IMG/VR virus record: IMGVR_UViG_3300037010_002778
Coordinates: 1 to 54,223 of that record
Source: a virus
Lineage: Duplodnaviria; Caudoviricetes
Length of the DNA stretch: 54,223 nt
Strand: one strand, 5' to 3'
In this document: positions 30,302 to 39,860 of the stretch, piece by piece
Numbering within the stretch: position 1 is the first letter of the stretch
How the letters are laid out: each line of letters opens with the position of its first letter
The notes under the pieces: model-generated
What the model was told of the DNA's origin: nothing
Seen by the model: the letters and a program-made list of their open reading frames with translations, nothing else
Database searches by the model: none
Made by a program: the position numbers and the translations under genes

Positions 30302-31717
30302 GTGAAAAAATTTTTAATAGCAATAATAGCTTTTCTTGCATTTAGTACTACATTATTCGCAGATAATTGGTCAGGTATTCAAAATTTTTATTTTGAAAAA
30401 ACATACACAATTAAATATACTGATATTTTAGGACCAATACCTCACAACAAAGGTTTTATTGAAATAGTTTTAGCTGACACTATATTAAAATCACAAATAT
30501 TTACAGCTGACGAAATAGGAAATATTTATTCTCAATTGACTTTTTCTATACCAGTCACTGGTACATATAAGGCTTTTTATTTTGGTAATCCAAATACAGA
30601 CCAAGAGAGTAATTATGTAAAACTAGATAGTACAGAATTAAATTTTATTTATGCTGATGCTTTAAGCATCGAAAGTTGTCCACAATATGTAATTAAAAAT
30701 TCTCCGGATTATCAAATACAGCCATACATAAAATTTATATTTAAAGTTAAAGGTAAAGATGAACAATTACCTGATAAATTATTATTACAATACTCAACTG
30801 ATGGAAATATTTGGCAAACATTTGATATTTTACACATAAATTATTTCGATACAACTTATTCATATGATCTAAAAAATAATTATCCAACAACCAACAAATT
30901 TAAATTAAGAGTTACTTATTTAAGTGATGAATCTTATACGTTAGCAAAATCCGATTGGATTGAATTTAAAACATTTGAAAATTCATATTTTAATTTTATA
31001 AAATCAAGTGATATTTTACCTTATGATTTAAAGTGGCAAATTAGCGATGATTTAAAATTGATTATTCTTACATATACTTATGATCTAAATACTCTTTTAG
31101 ATGAAAATATCAATATGGAAAATAAAAATAATTTGCTTATAGGACATCAAACAAAAGCCGATTCTGTAGCTGTAAATGGTTTGGCGTGGAATGATTTTAT
31201 TCAAATTGAAAAAACTGTATTTTTTTATGATGAAAATTTATATGTCACCAAAATTAAAAAATTAAACGACTCTATTAATGTATTAAATAATAAAATTGTA
31301 GATTTAGATTCAACAATAGTACTTTTAAATAACAAAAACATTAAGTTAAATTTTAAAATTAATGAATTAAATTTAATAATTGATAGTTTAAATACCATTA
31401 AAAAAGACACTACTATTTACATAACAGCAATTTACAGTTGTGATTCAAATATAACATCTGTAAAAAGTTCATTAGAAACTATGCCACAAAAAATAAAAGG
31501 TTTAGAGTTATTAGATCGAAACGATATAGTAATTATTTTTAATTTACAAGGTAAAGTTCTTTGGAAATACGAAGGTCCTAATCAAATCGATATTTTTAAA
31601 GATGCACTAAACAACGATTTAACAAAAAATGAAAAATTAATTTTAGTCTATATAATTAAAAGAAATAGTCAAGGTGGAATTTTACAAAATGAAATTTATA
31701 AATTAATTTTAAATTAA
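30302..31717 (+). CDS. Secreted protein with signal peptide and T9SS-CTD-like C-terminus
   Basis: GTG start with AAGGAG; signal peptide MKKFLIAIIAFLAFSTTLFA; beta-rich body and coiled coil; tail ITSVK...IIFNLQGKVL...YII...YKLILN. Confidence 0.7.
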   Translation: MKKFLIAIIAFLAFSTTLFADNWSGIQNFYFEKTYTIKYTDILGPIPHNKGFIEIVLADTILKSQIFTADEIGNIYSQLTFSIPVTGTYKAFYFGNPNTDQESNYVKLDSTELNFIYADALSIESCPQYVIKNSPDYQIQPYIKFIFKVKGKDEQLPDKLLLQYSTDGNIWQTFDILHINYFDTTYSYDLKNNYPTTNKFKLRVTYLSDESYTLAKSDWIEFKTFENSYFNFIKSSDILPYDLKWQISDDLKLIILTYTYDLNTLLDENINMENKNNLLIGHQTKADSVAVNGLAWNDFIQIEKTVFFYDENLYVTKIKKLNDSINVLNNKIVDLDSTIVLLNNKNIKLNFKINELNLIIDSLNTIKKDTTIYITAIYSCDSNITSVKSSLETMPQKIKGLELLDRNDIVIIFNLQGKVLWKYEGPNQIDIFKDALNNDLTKNEKLILVYIIKRNSQGGILQNEIYKLILN

Positions 31718-31736
31718 AAAATATATAGATTTTTTT

Positions 31737-31767
31737 CAAAAGGAGACATAAGTCTCCTTTTGTTTTT
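31737..31767 (+). terminator. Rho-independent terminator
   Basis: CAAAAGGAGAC-ataa-GTCTCCTTTTG plus T run. Confidence 0.85.
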
Positions 31768-31807
31768 AAACATTTTTTTTAAAAATATATAAAATAAAAA
31801 TAAAACT

Positions 31808-32215
31808 ATGGCAAAGAAAAAACAAATAGAGCTAAACGATGAATTAGACTCAAATGAAATAACCGATGCAACTGAAATAATTAACGCAACTGAACAAAGT
31901 AATATTGAAAAAACTGAACAACCTGTTAAAATAGTTGAGAAAATTATTGAAGTTGAAAAAATAGTTGAAAAAATAATTGAAAAACCTGTTGAAAAAATAG
32001 TTGAAAAAATTGTTTATAAAACAGTTGATTCTAATTTTAAGCAATCATTCCAAATAGGTGATTATGTTTATTTGCCTAATAAATATCAAAGAATGAGATT
32101 TGAAATAAGAAAAATTACAGGTATTTCAGAAGAAATGGCATTATATCGTTTATTATGCCACGATACAGGAATTGTTGAAAATTATGTAAGAGATGATGAA
32201 ATAGTCAAAGCATAG
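31808..32215 (+). CDS. Hypothetical protein with (I/V)VEK repeats and C-terminal SH3-like motif
   Basis: KIVEKIIEVEKIVEKIIEKPVEKIVEK and FQIGDYVY. Confidence 0.7.
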   Translation: MAKKKQIELNDELDSNEITDATEIINATEQSNIEKTEQPVKIVEKIIEVEKIVEKIIEKPVEKIVEKIVYKTVDSNFKQSFQIGDYVYLPNKYQRMRFEIRKITGISEEMALYRLLCHDTGIVENYVRDDEIVKA

Positions 32216-32225
32216 TTTAGGATTT

Positions 32226-32304
32226 GGAGGGTTTGTGTAAATGTATTATAATAATTTTAAAATTACCAGGAATTTTTATGGGAGTTCGATTCTCTCACCC
32301 TCCA
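32226..32304 (+). tRNA. Degenerate tRNA (Leu-UAA-like), possibly a pseudogene
   Basis: Perfect acceptor stem GGAGGGT/ACCCTCC with discriminator A, and T-arm GGGAG-TTCGATT-CTCTC. The loop could be TT-TAA-AA, but the D-arm lacks GG and the anticodon stem is out of register. Confidence 0.55.
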
Positions 32305-32323
32305 CAAAAAATATACAAAATTT

Positions 32324-32575
32324 ATGAATTTTTATAGTCAAATATTTTTTTTAGTTGTAATTATTATTTTAGTAATTTTGCAATTTTTAAAAAATAAACA
32401 TTTAAGTAAAGAAATAGATCAAATAAAAGAAGCTCAATTGAATTCTTTTTACTTACTGAACGATGCGAACAAAGAAATCAATAAAATAAACAGAAAAATA
32501 CAATTTTTTGTTAAAGATAATGATTTAAAAAACGAAATCAAAAAAAATACACTTAAAAAAAGGAGTAAAATTTGA
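32324..32575 (+). CDS. Small membrane-anchored coiled-coil protein
   Basis: N-terminal IFFLVVIIILVIL. Confidence 0.65.
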   Translation: MNFYSQIFFLVVIIILVILQFLKNKHLSKEIDQIKEAQLNSFYLLNDANKEINKINRKIQFFVKDNDLKNEIKKNTLKKRSKI

Positions 32576-33123
32576 ATACAAAAATTTTAAAATATATTGA
32601 ACACAACGCTATAGTGATGGCATTTGTAATACTACTTTTTGGTATTATAAATAGTAGTTTTTCGTTAAATAAAGTATCTGCAAATAATTCGTTTGGAAAT
32701 AATTATTTAATAAATAAAGAACTTCAAAAAAAAGATTCAATTATAAATTTTTATGAATCTACTTTAAATTCTAATAAAAGGTTATTGCAACATTTTTACG
32801 CTGTTATATATTCTGATTCAGCAATTAGTAAAGCAAATATAATAACATTTTTAAAAATTTCGGGTTTTAAAAATGTCAACGAAGCTTTTGCAACAGCTCT
32901 TTTAGAAACAGACAATGGAAAAACGGGAATAGGACCTTTACACAATAATCATTTTGGCATGAAACAATCAACAACACGATTTAGTTGGTCAGTTGGTTTA
33001 GAAAAAAGTGGCTATGCTAAATATGAAAGTTGGACATTTTCTTATTTAGACTTTTTTGAATATATTCAAAAAGGCTATAAAAATTGGCAAAAAAGTGCAA
33101 AAAATTTAAAATTGAATTTTTAA
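32572..33123 (+). CDS. GH73/glucosaminidase-like peptidoglycan hydrolase with N-terminal TM segment
   Basis: ALLET, NNHFGMK and YAKYESW..S..D. Confidence 0.7.
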   Translation: MNTKILKYIEHNAIVMAFVILLFGIINSSFSLNKVSANNSFGNNYLINKELQKKDSIINFYESTLNSNKRLLQHFYAVIYSDSAISKANIITFLKISGFKNVNEAFATALLETDNGKTGIGPLHNNHFGMKQSTTRFSWSVGLEKSGYAKYESWTFSYLDFFEYIQKGYKNWQKSAKNLKLNF

Positions 33124-33140
33124 ACAAAAGGAGAAATAAA

Positions 33141-34316
33141 TTGAAAGACAAGTTAGTAGTACTTTTAGTTTCACCAAATGAAATAGATTTAAAAAAATTA
33201 AAATTAAATTACCCATTTTGGATTCAAAATGAATTTGAAATATTTCATTTAAAAGATGAAAATAAAATTTTTAAAGCATTAGCTGATTATGAACCTGATG
33301 TAATTGTTACGAGACAAACTGATAATATTTCTTATTATCCCAATATGGTAAATATGAGATTTGAAGAACGTAAAAAATGGATTCATTTGAACGAATTTGA
33401 TGATAGTGAAGCAGTAATGAATTGTTTTATAAATTCTTTAAATGACAATAGACAAAAACTTTTTAGTGTAATAACACCTACTTATAACACTGAAATATAT
33501 CAAATTGAAAGAGCTTATAATTCGTTAATTAATCAAACTTATACAAACTGGGAATGGATAATTTTAAATGTAGGTGATAATGAAGAAACTTTTAAAAAAT
33601 TAAAAGAAATATCTTCAAATGATATTAGAGTTAGACTTTTTAGTGGTTATTCGAAACAATATAGCATAGGACATAATAAAAAAATGCTTAGTGGATTGAC
33701 AGTTGGTGAATATATTGTTGAAATGGATCATGACGATGAATTAACAAACGATGCTTTACAACTAATCAATGAAGCGTTTGAAAATTTTAAAAATGTAGGT
33801 TTTGTTTATTCTGATTGTTGTGAAGTTTACGATAATGGTACATTTGTAGAATATCCTGAAGGGTGGGGTTTTGGATATGGTTCTAAATATTGGCAAGAAT
33901 ATAATGATAAAAACTGGTTAGTTATGTCAACACCTGAAATAAATCCTCAAACTATTAGGCATATTACAAGTGCACCTAATCACGTTAGAGCTTGGAAAAA
34001 AGAAATTTATGATAAAATACATGGACATAACGAAAAAATGTTTGTAGCTGATGATTATGAAATAGTGGTAAGGACTTTTTTAAAAACTATAATGTTAAAA
34101 ATTCCTAAATTACTTTATATTCAACATTATAAAGATGGTAATACAGCTCAAAGAGAACGGAATAAAGAAATACAAAGATTGGTTCAATATGTTTCAAATT
34201 TTTATAACGAAGATTTTAAAAATAGATTTGAGGAATTAATGGTCAGAGATTATGTTTTTTATAATGAACCAGTACCTGAAATACAGCAAAATGTCAATAT
34301 TTTATTAAAAAATTAA
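33141..34316 (+). CDS. Family 2 glycosyltransferase
   Basis: FSVITPTYN, MDHDD and ADDYE. The TTG start at 33141 follows AAGGAG. Confidence 0.9.
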   Translation: MKDKLVVLLVSPNEIDLKKLKLNYPFWIQNEFEIFHLKDENKIFKALADYEPDVIVTRQTDNISYYPNMVNMRFEERKKWIHLNEFDDSEAVMNCFINSLNDNRQKLFSVITPTYNTEIYQIERAYNSLINQTYTNWEWIILNVGDNEETFKKLKEISSNDIRVRLFSGYSKQYSIGHNKKMLSGLTVGEYIVEMDHDDELTNDALQLINEAFENFKNVGFVYSDCCEVYDNGTFVEYPEGWGFGYGSKYWQEYNDKNWLVMSTPEINPQTIRHITSAPNHVRAWKKEIYDKIHGHNEKMFVADDYEIVVRTFLKTIMLKIPKLLYIQHYKDGNTAQRERNKEIQRLVQYVSNFYNEDFKNRFEELMVRDYVFYNEPVPEIQQNVNILLKN

Positions 34317-34326
34317 AAATTATAAA

Positions 34327-34857
34327 ATGAATTTTTTGCAATTTTTAAAAGAGTCAAGAGAATTTGATGCAATTTCGAAAAATGATTATTTGGTTGACTT
34401 TTTATTGAATTTAGTTGACGATAAAGATTTTGTAATGAAAAACAACAAAAAAGAAAAAGAATTAGAAATAATATTTAAATTATTTAAAAATAATACTCAT
34501 AAAGGAATTTTATATAGAGGAGTTTATAAACACGAATTACATTTTTTAAAAGAAAATGAAACTGTAAAATTCAATAAATATTTGTCATTTAGTGAAGATG
34601 TAAATATTGCAAAAAATTTCACAGATTGTAAAACTATTTTAAAAATTGAAGATCCTAAAGGTTTTTTTCCTTATTCAAATTGGTTAATTAATCACTTTAA
34701 AAAAAATAAAGAAGACTACGAAATTTTTGATGGTGAGAAAAAAACAAAAATCACTCAAAAAGAAAAAGAATGGATTGCGAATTTTGATGAATTTTTTCAT
34801 GTTGAAAAAATTTTAAAAAATAAAAATTTAACTGAAGTACATTTGATACAAAAATAA
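34327..34857 (+). CDS. Putative ADP-ribosyltransferase (R-S-E class)
   Basis: LYRG, LSFS and EKE motifs in the expected order. Confidence 0.7.
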   Translation: MNFLQFLKESREFDAISKNDYLVDFLLNLVDDKDFVMKNNKKEKELEIIFKLFKNNTHKGILYRGVYKHELHFLKENETVKFNKYLSFSEDVNIAKNFTDCKTILKIEDPKGFFPYSNWLINHFKKNKEDYEIFDGEKKTKITQKEKEWIANFDEFFHVEKILKNKNLTEVHLIQK

Positions 34858-34880
34858 TTAAAAATTTTTAAATTTAAACT

Positions 34881-34921
34881 AAATCCTATTTTAAAAATAT
34901 AAATTTAAAATAGGATTTTTT
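34881..34921 (+). terminator. 15-bp perfect inverted repeat; terminator-like and overlapping a putative promoter
   Basis: AAATCCTATTTTAAA-aatataaa-TTTAAAATAGGATTT plus T run. Confidence 0.65.
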
Positions 34922-35476
34922 GTGGCAAAAGTCATAAATTTTTTTGGAGCTCCAGGAGTTGGAAAATCAACGGTCGCTGCTGAAATATTTTCTCAACTAA
35001 AGAAAAAAGGACTTAATGTTGCTTTAGTTACAGAGTTCGCTAATTTTAAAATAACAGAAAAATCTTTTAAAGCCGTTCAAAATCAATACTATGTAACCTC
35101 AAAACAACTATACAATCAAGAAGTTTTTGAAGACAAATACAATATAGTAATTACTGATTCACCTATTTTATTAAGTTTTATATATTCGAATGACTCTATA
35201 GTTGACAAAAAATTTAATGAATTTATTTTAGAGAAATTTAAAGAAAAAGAAAATATTAATTTTTTGTTAAACCATGATACTGTAACTTTAAATAATTTTT
35301 CAATGAATGGTAGACGTCATAAAAAATCAAAATTAGAACAAATTCACAATAAAATTGTTGAAACATTAAAAAGTAATAATATTGAATATAAAAATGTTTT
35401 TAAAGATTATATTCAATTAAAATATTACGTTGAACAGGATTCATTAGTAGACTATATAATTAAAGGGCTCGTTTAA
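34922..35476 (+). CDS. P-loop nucleotide kinase (NadR/AAA_28-like)
   Basis: INFFGAPGVGKST, ITDSP and GR.H. Confidence 0.8.
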   Translation: MAKVINFFGAPGVGKSTVAAEIFSQLKKKGLNVALVTEFANFKITEKSFKAVQNQYYVTSKQLYNQEVFEDKYNIVITDSPILLSFIYSNDSIVDKKFNEFILEKFKEKENINFLLNHDTVTLNNFSMNGRRHKKSKLEQIHNKIVETLKSNNIEYKNVFKDYIQLKYYVEQDSLVDYIIKGLV

Positions 35477-35485
35477 AGAGCCCTT
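35463..35485. terminator. Hairpin between convergent genes
   Basis: AAGGGCTC-gtttaaa-GAGCCCTT. Confidence 0.7.
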
Positions 35486-35489
35486 ATTA

Positions 35490-36275
35490 TTACAAAATAT
35501 GTTCACCAAAAAAATAGTGGTTTTTCTTTTTAATTTTTATTTTTTCAAAGTCTCCTTTAAAAAGTAAAACTGTTTGCGATCCCCAATTAAAATTACCTAT
35601 TCTGTCACCAATTTTTACATTTTGGTTGGTTTTTATATTAAAATCAAAATCTTGGATCGTTGATTCGCCTACTAATAACAAAAATACATTTCCTATTTTG
35701 GTATTATATTTGACAATCCAAAGTGAATTTTTACCAAATATTCTTAAATCTTTTGAAATAGGCATTAAATCTACTATTTTCCCAGAGACAGGAGAGTGTA
35801 TATTATGGTAATAACTTACATATAATTTCATATTAACAAAATTATATGTATCATCGACACCTACTTGTTTTAAATCTTCGATTACAGTATTTGTTGGTTT
35901 TTTTAGTCTTATTATAGAAGACATATCTGAAGTTTTTCCAATCGATTCAATTACACATTCATTAGGAATTATAATTTTTGTATTTTTTGAATTTTCTTTT
36001 ATTTCATTAAGTTTAGTTTCTTTTAAATTTCTTGTGAAAAAATCCATAAAATTATCAAATTCTGTTTTCTCGTACCAATCCATAGAAACTGGAGACATTT
36101 TTATTTTCTTTTTAATGTTATTTATTGTGTCTCTATTTTGAAAACCTTCGATTAATTTTTTTAAATTTTCTTTTCCAATATTTTGCGATTTGACAAACTT
36201 TAATTTAGCAAGAACATAACGCTCATTTACTTTGTTTTCTACACGCTCCATCAATTCATAAATTATTTTCTCCAT
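35490..36275 (-). CDS. psd: Phosphatidylserine decarboxylase-like proenzyme
   Basis: FMDFFTRNLK, YHNIHSPVSG, LVGE and self-cleavage motif GNFNWGSQTVLLF (LGST equivalent). Confidence 0.8.
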   Translation of the reverse strand: MEKIIYELMERVENKVNERYVLAKLKFVKSQNIGKENLKKLIEGFQNRDTINNIKKKIKMSPVSMDWYEKTEFDNFMDFFTRNLKETKLNEIKENSKNTKIIIPNECVIESIGKTSDMSSIIRLKKPTNTVIEDLKQVGVDDTYNFVNMKLYVSYYHNIHSPVSGKIVDLMPISKDLRIFGKNSLWIVKYNTKIGNVFLLLVGESTIQDFDFNIKTNQNVKIGDRIGNFNWGSQTVLLFKGDFEKIKIKKKNHYFFGEHIL

Positions 36276-37533
36276 TTAAAATAGTTGTTTTTTTAATTGG
36301 TCTTAAGACTGTATTTGGTGATATTTTATTTTTTAAAGCTATTAAAACACCTGCAGCCTCTAAATAATTATTTACCTCGATCAATTGGTTTTGTCTCCAA
36401 GGTAAATCTTTTAAATTATTTTTCATTACATTATTGTTATCTTTTACTGAAATCACTGTAATATTTTGTTCTAAAGCTGCCAATAATGGTATACCTATTG
36501 CTCTTTCTGGTGTAATTAAAACGTGGACATCTTGATTTGTTAAAATTCCTTGTTCTATAGAATAATTTACTATTTTTGGTGAATTAAAAAGCCCTTTTAT
36601 TACACAAAATAATTCAGTTTTTGATAAAGTTTCAGCACACTTTTTAGGATTAACGATTCCATATTTATATAAAAGTTGACTTTCATAGAACATTGGTGCA
36701 TGTGCGATACTAACATTTGACAAATTAGATATACTATGAGTTAACATACTTTCTATACCGCCCCAAGGATTTACATTTAAATTATCGTTAAAATAATTAT
36801 CGAATAATTCATCAGAATCTCCCTCCATTAATGTATGTAAAACTATAGAATCATAATCGTTTTTATATTTTTCAACTATTTCTATTAAATTTTCTAAATT
36901 ATTTACTTTTCCAACTGCCATATTATTTTCGTTATAATAAAAATAATATTTTGGTGGCTTTTCAATTTGAACAACATCGATGTCGGCTCCAAGAACAACT
37001 CTTGCGGCAGAAGCTGTATTTATTGTATAATTTGAAATATAATCATGTTCTGACTTATCAGAAATTAAAAGTATTCTATTACCTCTTGTTGGTGATAAAC
37101 CAATTTGCCCCGTTATAAACCTATTTAAAATAGAGCCCTCTACATATAAAGTATTTTCAGTCATTTCATTCATATCGGCAGCGTTTACTACATTTGGGTG
37201 AGTTATTAATGTATCTACTGTACTTGCAATTAATTTAGCAGCTGCATTTGCATCTCCAGAGTCTCCGCCAACATTTGCTCCAATTCCAGTAGGAACTATC
37301 ATTATGGCATTAAATTTAGAATTATTAACATTTTTTCTTGGATTAAAATTAAAAATATTTTTATAATTATAACTCTGTTCTGTTAATTCAGCGTATTCTG
37401 CTTCCATCAATTCGTTATTAAAAATAGCAAATCTTACAACTTGCTTATTTTTAAAATAATTTTTTAAATTTTCAAAATTTCCATTTTTTTCAATTTGAAA
37501 ATTTAATTTTTCGTTCATTTGAACAATGTCCAT
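36256..37533 (-). CDS. DUF3326-family protein
   Basis: IVPTGIGANVGGDSGDA, LITHPNVVNAAD, LYVEGS, GGIESMLTH, AHAP and NYLEAAG. Confidence 0.8.
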   Translation of the reverse strand: MDIVQMNEKLNFQIEKNGNFENLKNYFKNKQVVRFAIFNNELMEAEYAELTEQSYNYKNIFNFNPRKNVNNSKFNAIMIVPTGIGANVGGDSGDANAAAKLIASTVDTLITHPNVVNAADMNEMTENTLYVEGSILNRFITGQIGLSPTRGNRILLISDKSEHDYISNYTINTASAARVVLGADIDVVQIEKPPKYYFYYNENNMAVGKVNNLENLIEIVEKYKNDYDSIVLHTLMEGDSDELFDNYFNDNLNVNPWGGIESMLTHSISNLSNVSIAHAPMFYESQLLYKYGIVNPKKCAETLSKTELFCVIKGLFNSPKIVNYSIEQGILTNQDVHVLITPERAIGIPLLAALEQNITVISVKDNNNVMKNNLKDLPWRQNQLIEVNNYLEAAGVLIALKNKISPNTVLRPIKKTTILNGENNL

Positions 37534-37673
37534 TGCCTTTAGTATAATTTTTTTTTATATATTTTAAAATAAAATTTTTTTAAACAAAAAATCTATTGCA
37601 AAATGGAATTTTTTAAAAATCTTAGAATCGTTTAAATTTTAAACAAAATTTAAAATTCTTTATAAAAATAAAT

Positions 37674-38543
37674 ATGAAAAATTTAATTATATTAGGAAAT
37701 GGTTTGGCTGCATTGATTTATGCAACATATAATATTGACAAAAATGTTGTAATTGTTGGTAATAAAATAGGTGGACAAATGTCAAGTGAAATTTCACTTG
37801 GTCCACGTATAATACAAAGTGATAATTATACAAAAAATTTTATTAAAAATTTTTTATTATTAGATGACATTAAAACAAAAAAAACTTTTATAAAATATAA
37901 ATATAATGATAAATTTTTAAAAAATTCTACTCCTGAATTTAGAAACAAATACTCAATTATTACTCGTGATAAAGATGTAGCAAGTAATTATACGATGTCT
38001 CAAAATAAAAATGAAATTGAATATTTTGACATAAAGTACAATATTTTTATTAATATTTTATATCAAAAATTATTGACATATAATAACATTCAATTTATTA
38101 ATGGTGATGTTATAAAAATAACAAGTGATTATATTGAATTGAATGATTTAAGAAAAATATACACTAAAAACTCAGAAAAAGTTAATACAATACCTCTTTA
38201 CATTTTTAAAAAATTAATAAATATGGATTATTTGGAATTAAATAGTAAGCCTGTATATTTTTATCACAAAAAAAATAAAAAATTTATTAACAATTTTTAT
38301 TATGTTTATCAAATCAACGATTTTAAAGTTGTTCCACATAGAATTACATATTATGATGATAATATAATCGAGGAAAGTATTGAAAAAATAAGTGACAATT
38401 ATATTGCAATTATACCAAAAATTATAAACGAAACTCCATTCGATTTAATAGGTGATTGGAAAATGTTTGGTAGATTTGCTGAATGGGATCAGAGTATAAA
38501 AATAAATGAAATGTTAAAAAAATTGGAAAATTCAAATGATTAA
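37674..38543 (+). CDS. FAD-dependent oxidoreductase, UDP-galactopyranose-mutase-like
   Basis: N-terminal IILGNGLAAL dinucleotide-binding motif, IGG, and C-terminal FGRFAEW. Confidence 0.65.
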   Translation: MKNLIILGNGLAALIYATYNIDKNVVIVGNKIGGQMSSEISLGPRIIQSDNYTKNFIKNFLLLDDIKTKKTFIKYKYNDKFLKNSTPEFRNKYSIITRDKDVASNYTMSQNKNEIEYFDIKYNIFINILYQKLLTYNNIQFINGDVIKITSDYIELNDLRKIYTKNSEKVNTIPLYIFKKLINMDYLELNSKPVYFYHKKNKKFINNFYYVYQINDFKVVPHRITYYDDNIIEESIEKISDNYIAIIPKIINETPFDLIGDWKMFGRFAEWDQSIKINEMLKKLENSND

Positions 38544-39429
38544 TTTGTGGAATTTACAATTAGAGTTTGAAAAAAAATTTTTTAAATATAAAAAATTAAA
38601 TATTGAAGAACTAAATTTAGAACAAAAACGTATTTGGACAAAAGAATTTTATATGCATATAATTGTTGAGTTGTCAGAAATGATAAACAGTTTACAATAT
38701 AAAATGCATCGTAATTATATTGATGAAATTAATGAAAATAATATTAAAGAAAATTTAATTGATGCTCAAAAATTATTAATGGGATTATCGCAACTTTGGT
38801 TTAACGATTATTATGAATTTGAAAATTTATTTATTGATAAATCAATAGTTGTTGATCTTAGATTTGAATTTGAAAAAGTACAAAATATTGCATTAACTAA
38901 TAAAAATATAGCTATTATTGATATAGACGGAGTTTTAGCCGACTTAGAGTATTCAACGATGGAATTTATTAAAGAAAAGTTTAGTGATTTTTCACACTTT
39001 AAAAATACACGTGAGATTAAAAATAAATTTCCAATTGAATACGAAAAAATTAAAGCTGAATTCCGTTTAGGTAAGTACCATAGGAATGTTAAATTAATAG
39101 ATAAAGCTGACGATTTCATAAATAAATTAGCGGAAGATTTTAAAATAATAATTATTACAGCTCGACCTTATGAAAAATATAATAATTTATGGGCTGATAC
39201 AATGTATTGGTTAAAAAATAATAATATTAAATTTGATGCTTTGTATTTTGACAATAAAAAACACGAAAAAATAATAGAAATATTTAAAAATAATTTAAAT
39301 AATATTAAATTCATTGTTGACGATTCAGCTGAAATTTGTAAACAAGTCGAAAAAATAGGTATAAAATCATTTAATATAGATCATAAAAATATAACATTTA
39401 ATACAATTTTAAACAATATAAAAAAATGA
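38536..39429 (+). CDS. Fusion of an all-alpha dNTP pyrophosphatase (dimeric dUTPase/gp56/MazG-like) and a HAD nucleotidase
   Basis: N-domain LQ..F, ELSE, YKMHR, ENLID; C-domain DIDGVLAD, ITAR, VDD. Confidence 0.8.
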   Translation: MINLWNLQLEFEKKFFKYKKLNIEELNLEQKRIWTKEFYMHIIVELSEMINSLQYKMHRNYIDEINENNIKENLIDAQKLLMGLSQLWFNDYYEFENLFIDKSIVVDLRFEFEKVQNIALTNKNIAIIDIDGVLADLEYSTMEFIKEKFSDFSHFKNTREIKNKFPIEYEKIKAEFRLGKYHRNVKLIDKADDFINKLAEDFKIIIITARPYEKYNNLWADTMYWLKNNNIKFDALYFDNKKHEKIIEIFKNNLNNIKFIVDDSAEICKQVEKIGIKSFNIDHKNITFNTILNNIKK

Positions 39430-39860
39430 AAGAAACAATTGTAATTTTAGATGGTGTCGATAAAACCGGTAAAGATACACTTCAAAAAGAATTAATAAAA
39501 ATTGCAAATGGTAAAATTATGCCAATAAACAGAGGTTTTGTATCGCAAATTGCATATAGTCGAATTTATAATAGAGGTATTGACGAAGATTATTTTTTTA
39601 AAAAAGCTAATGCTTTTTATAAATTAGGAGTTAAACTTATTATACTTACAGCATCAGAGAATGAATTAATAAAAAGATTTGATATTCATGGTGAAAAAGA
39701 CTTATTAAAATCTGATATAAAAAAACATTTGAATGTGTTTGACTCGGTTGTTAATGATTTAATTACAAAAGCAGCTGTTGAGGTATTATTAATTGACACG
39801 ACAAAAAAAGATATAAACGAAACAGTAACTGAAATTTTAAATTTTATAGGGGAAAAATAA
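39426..39860 (+). CDS. dNMP kinase (thymidylate-kinase-like)
   Basis: LDGVDKTGKDT, NRG..SQ.AY and IDTT. Confidence 0.8.
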   Translation: MKETIVILDGVDKTGKDTLQKELIKIANGKIMPINRGFVSQIAYSRIYNRGIDEDYFFKKANAFYKLGVKLIILTASENELIKRFDIHGEKDLLKSDIKKHLNVFDSVVNDLITKAAVEVLLIDTTKKDINETVTEILNFIGEK

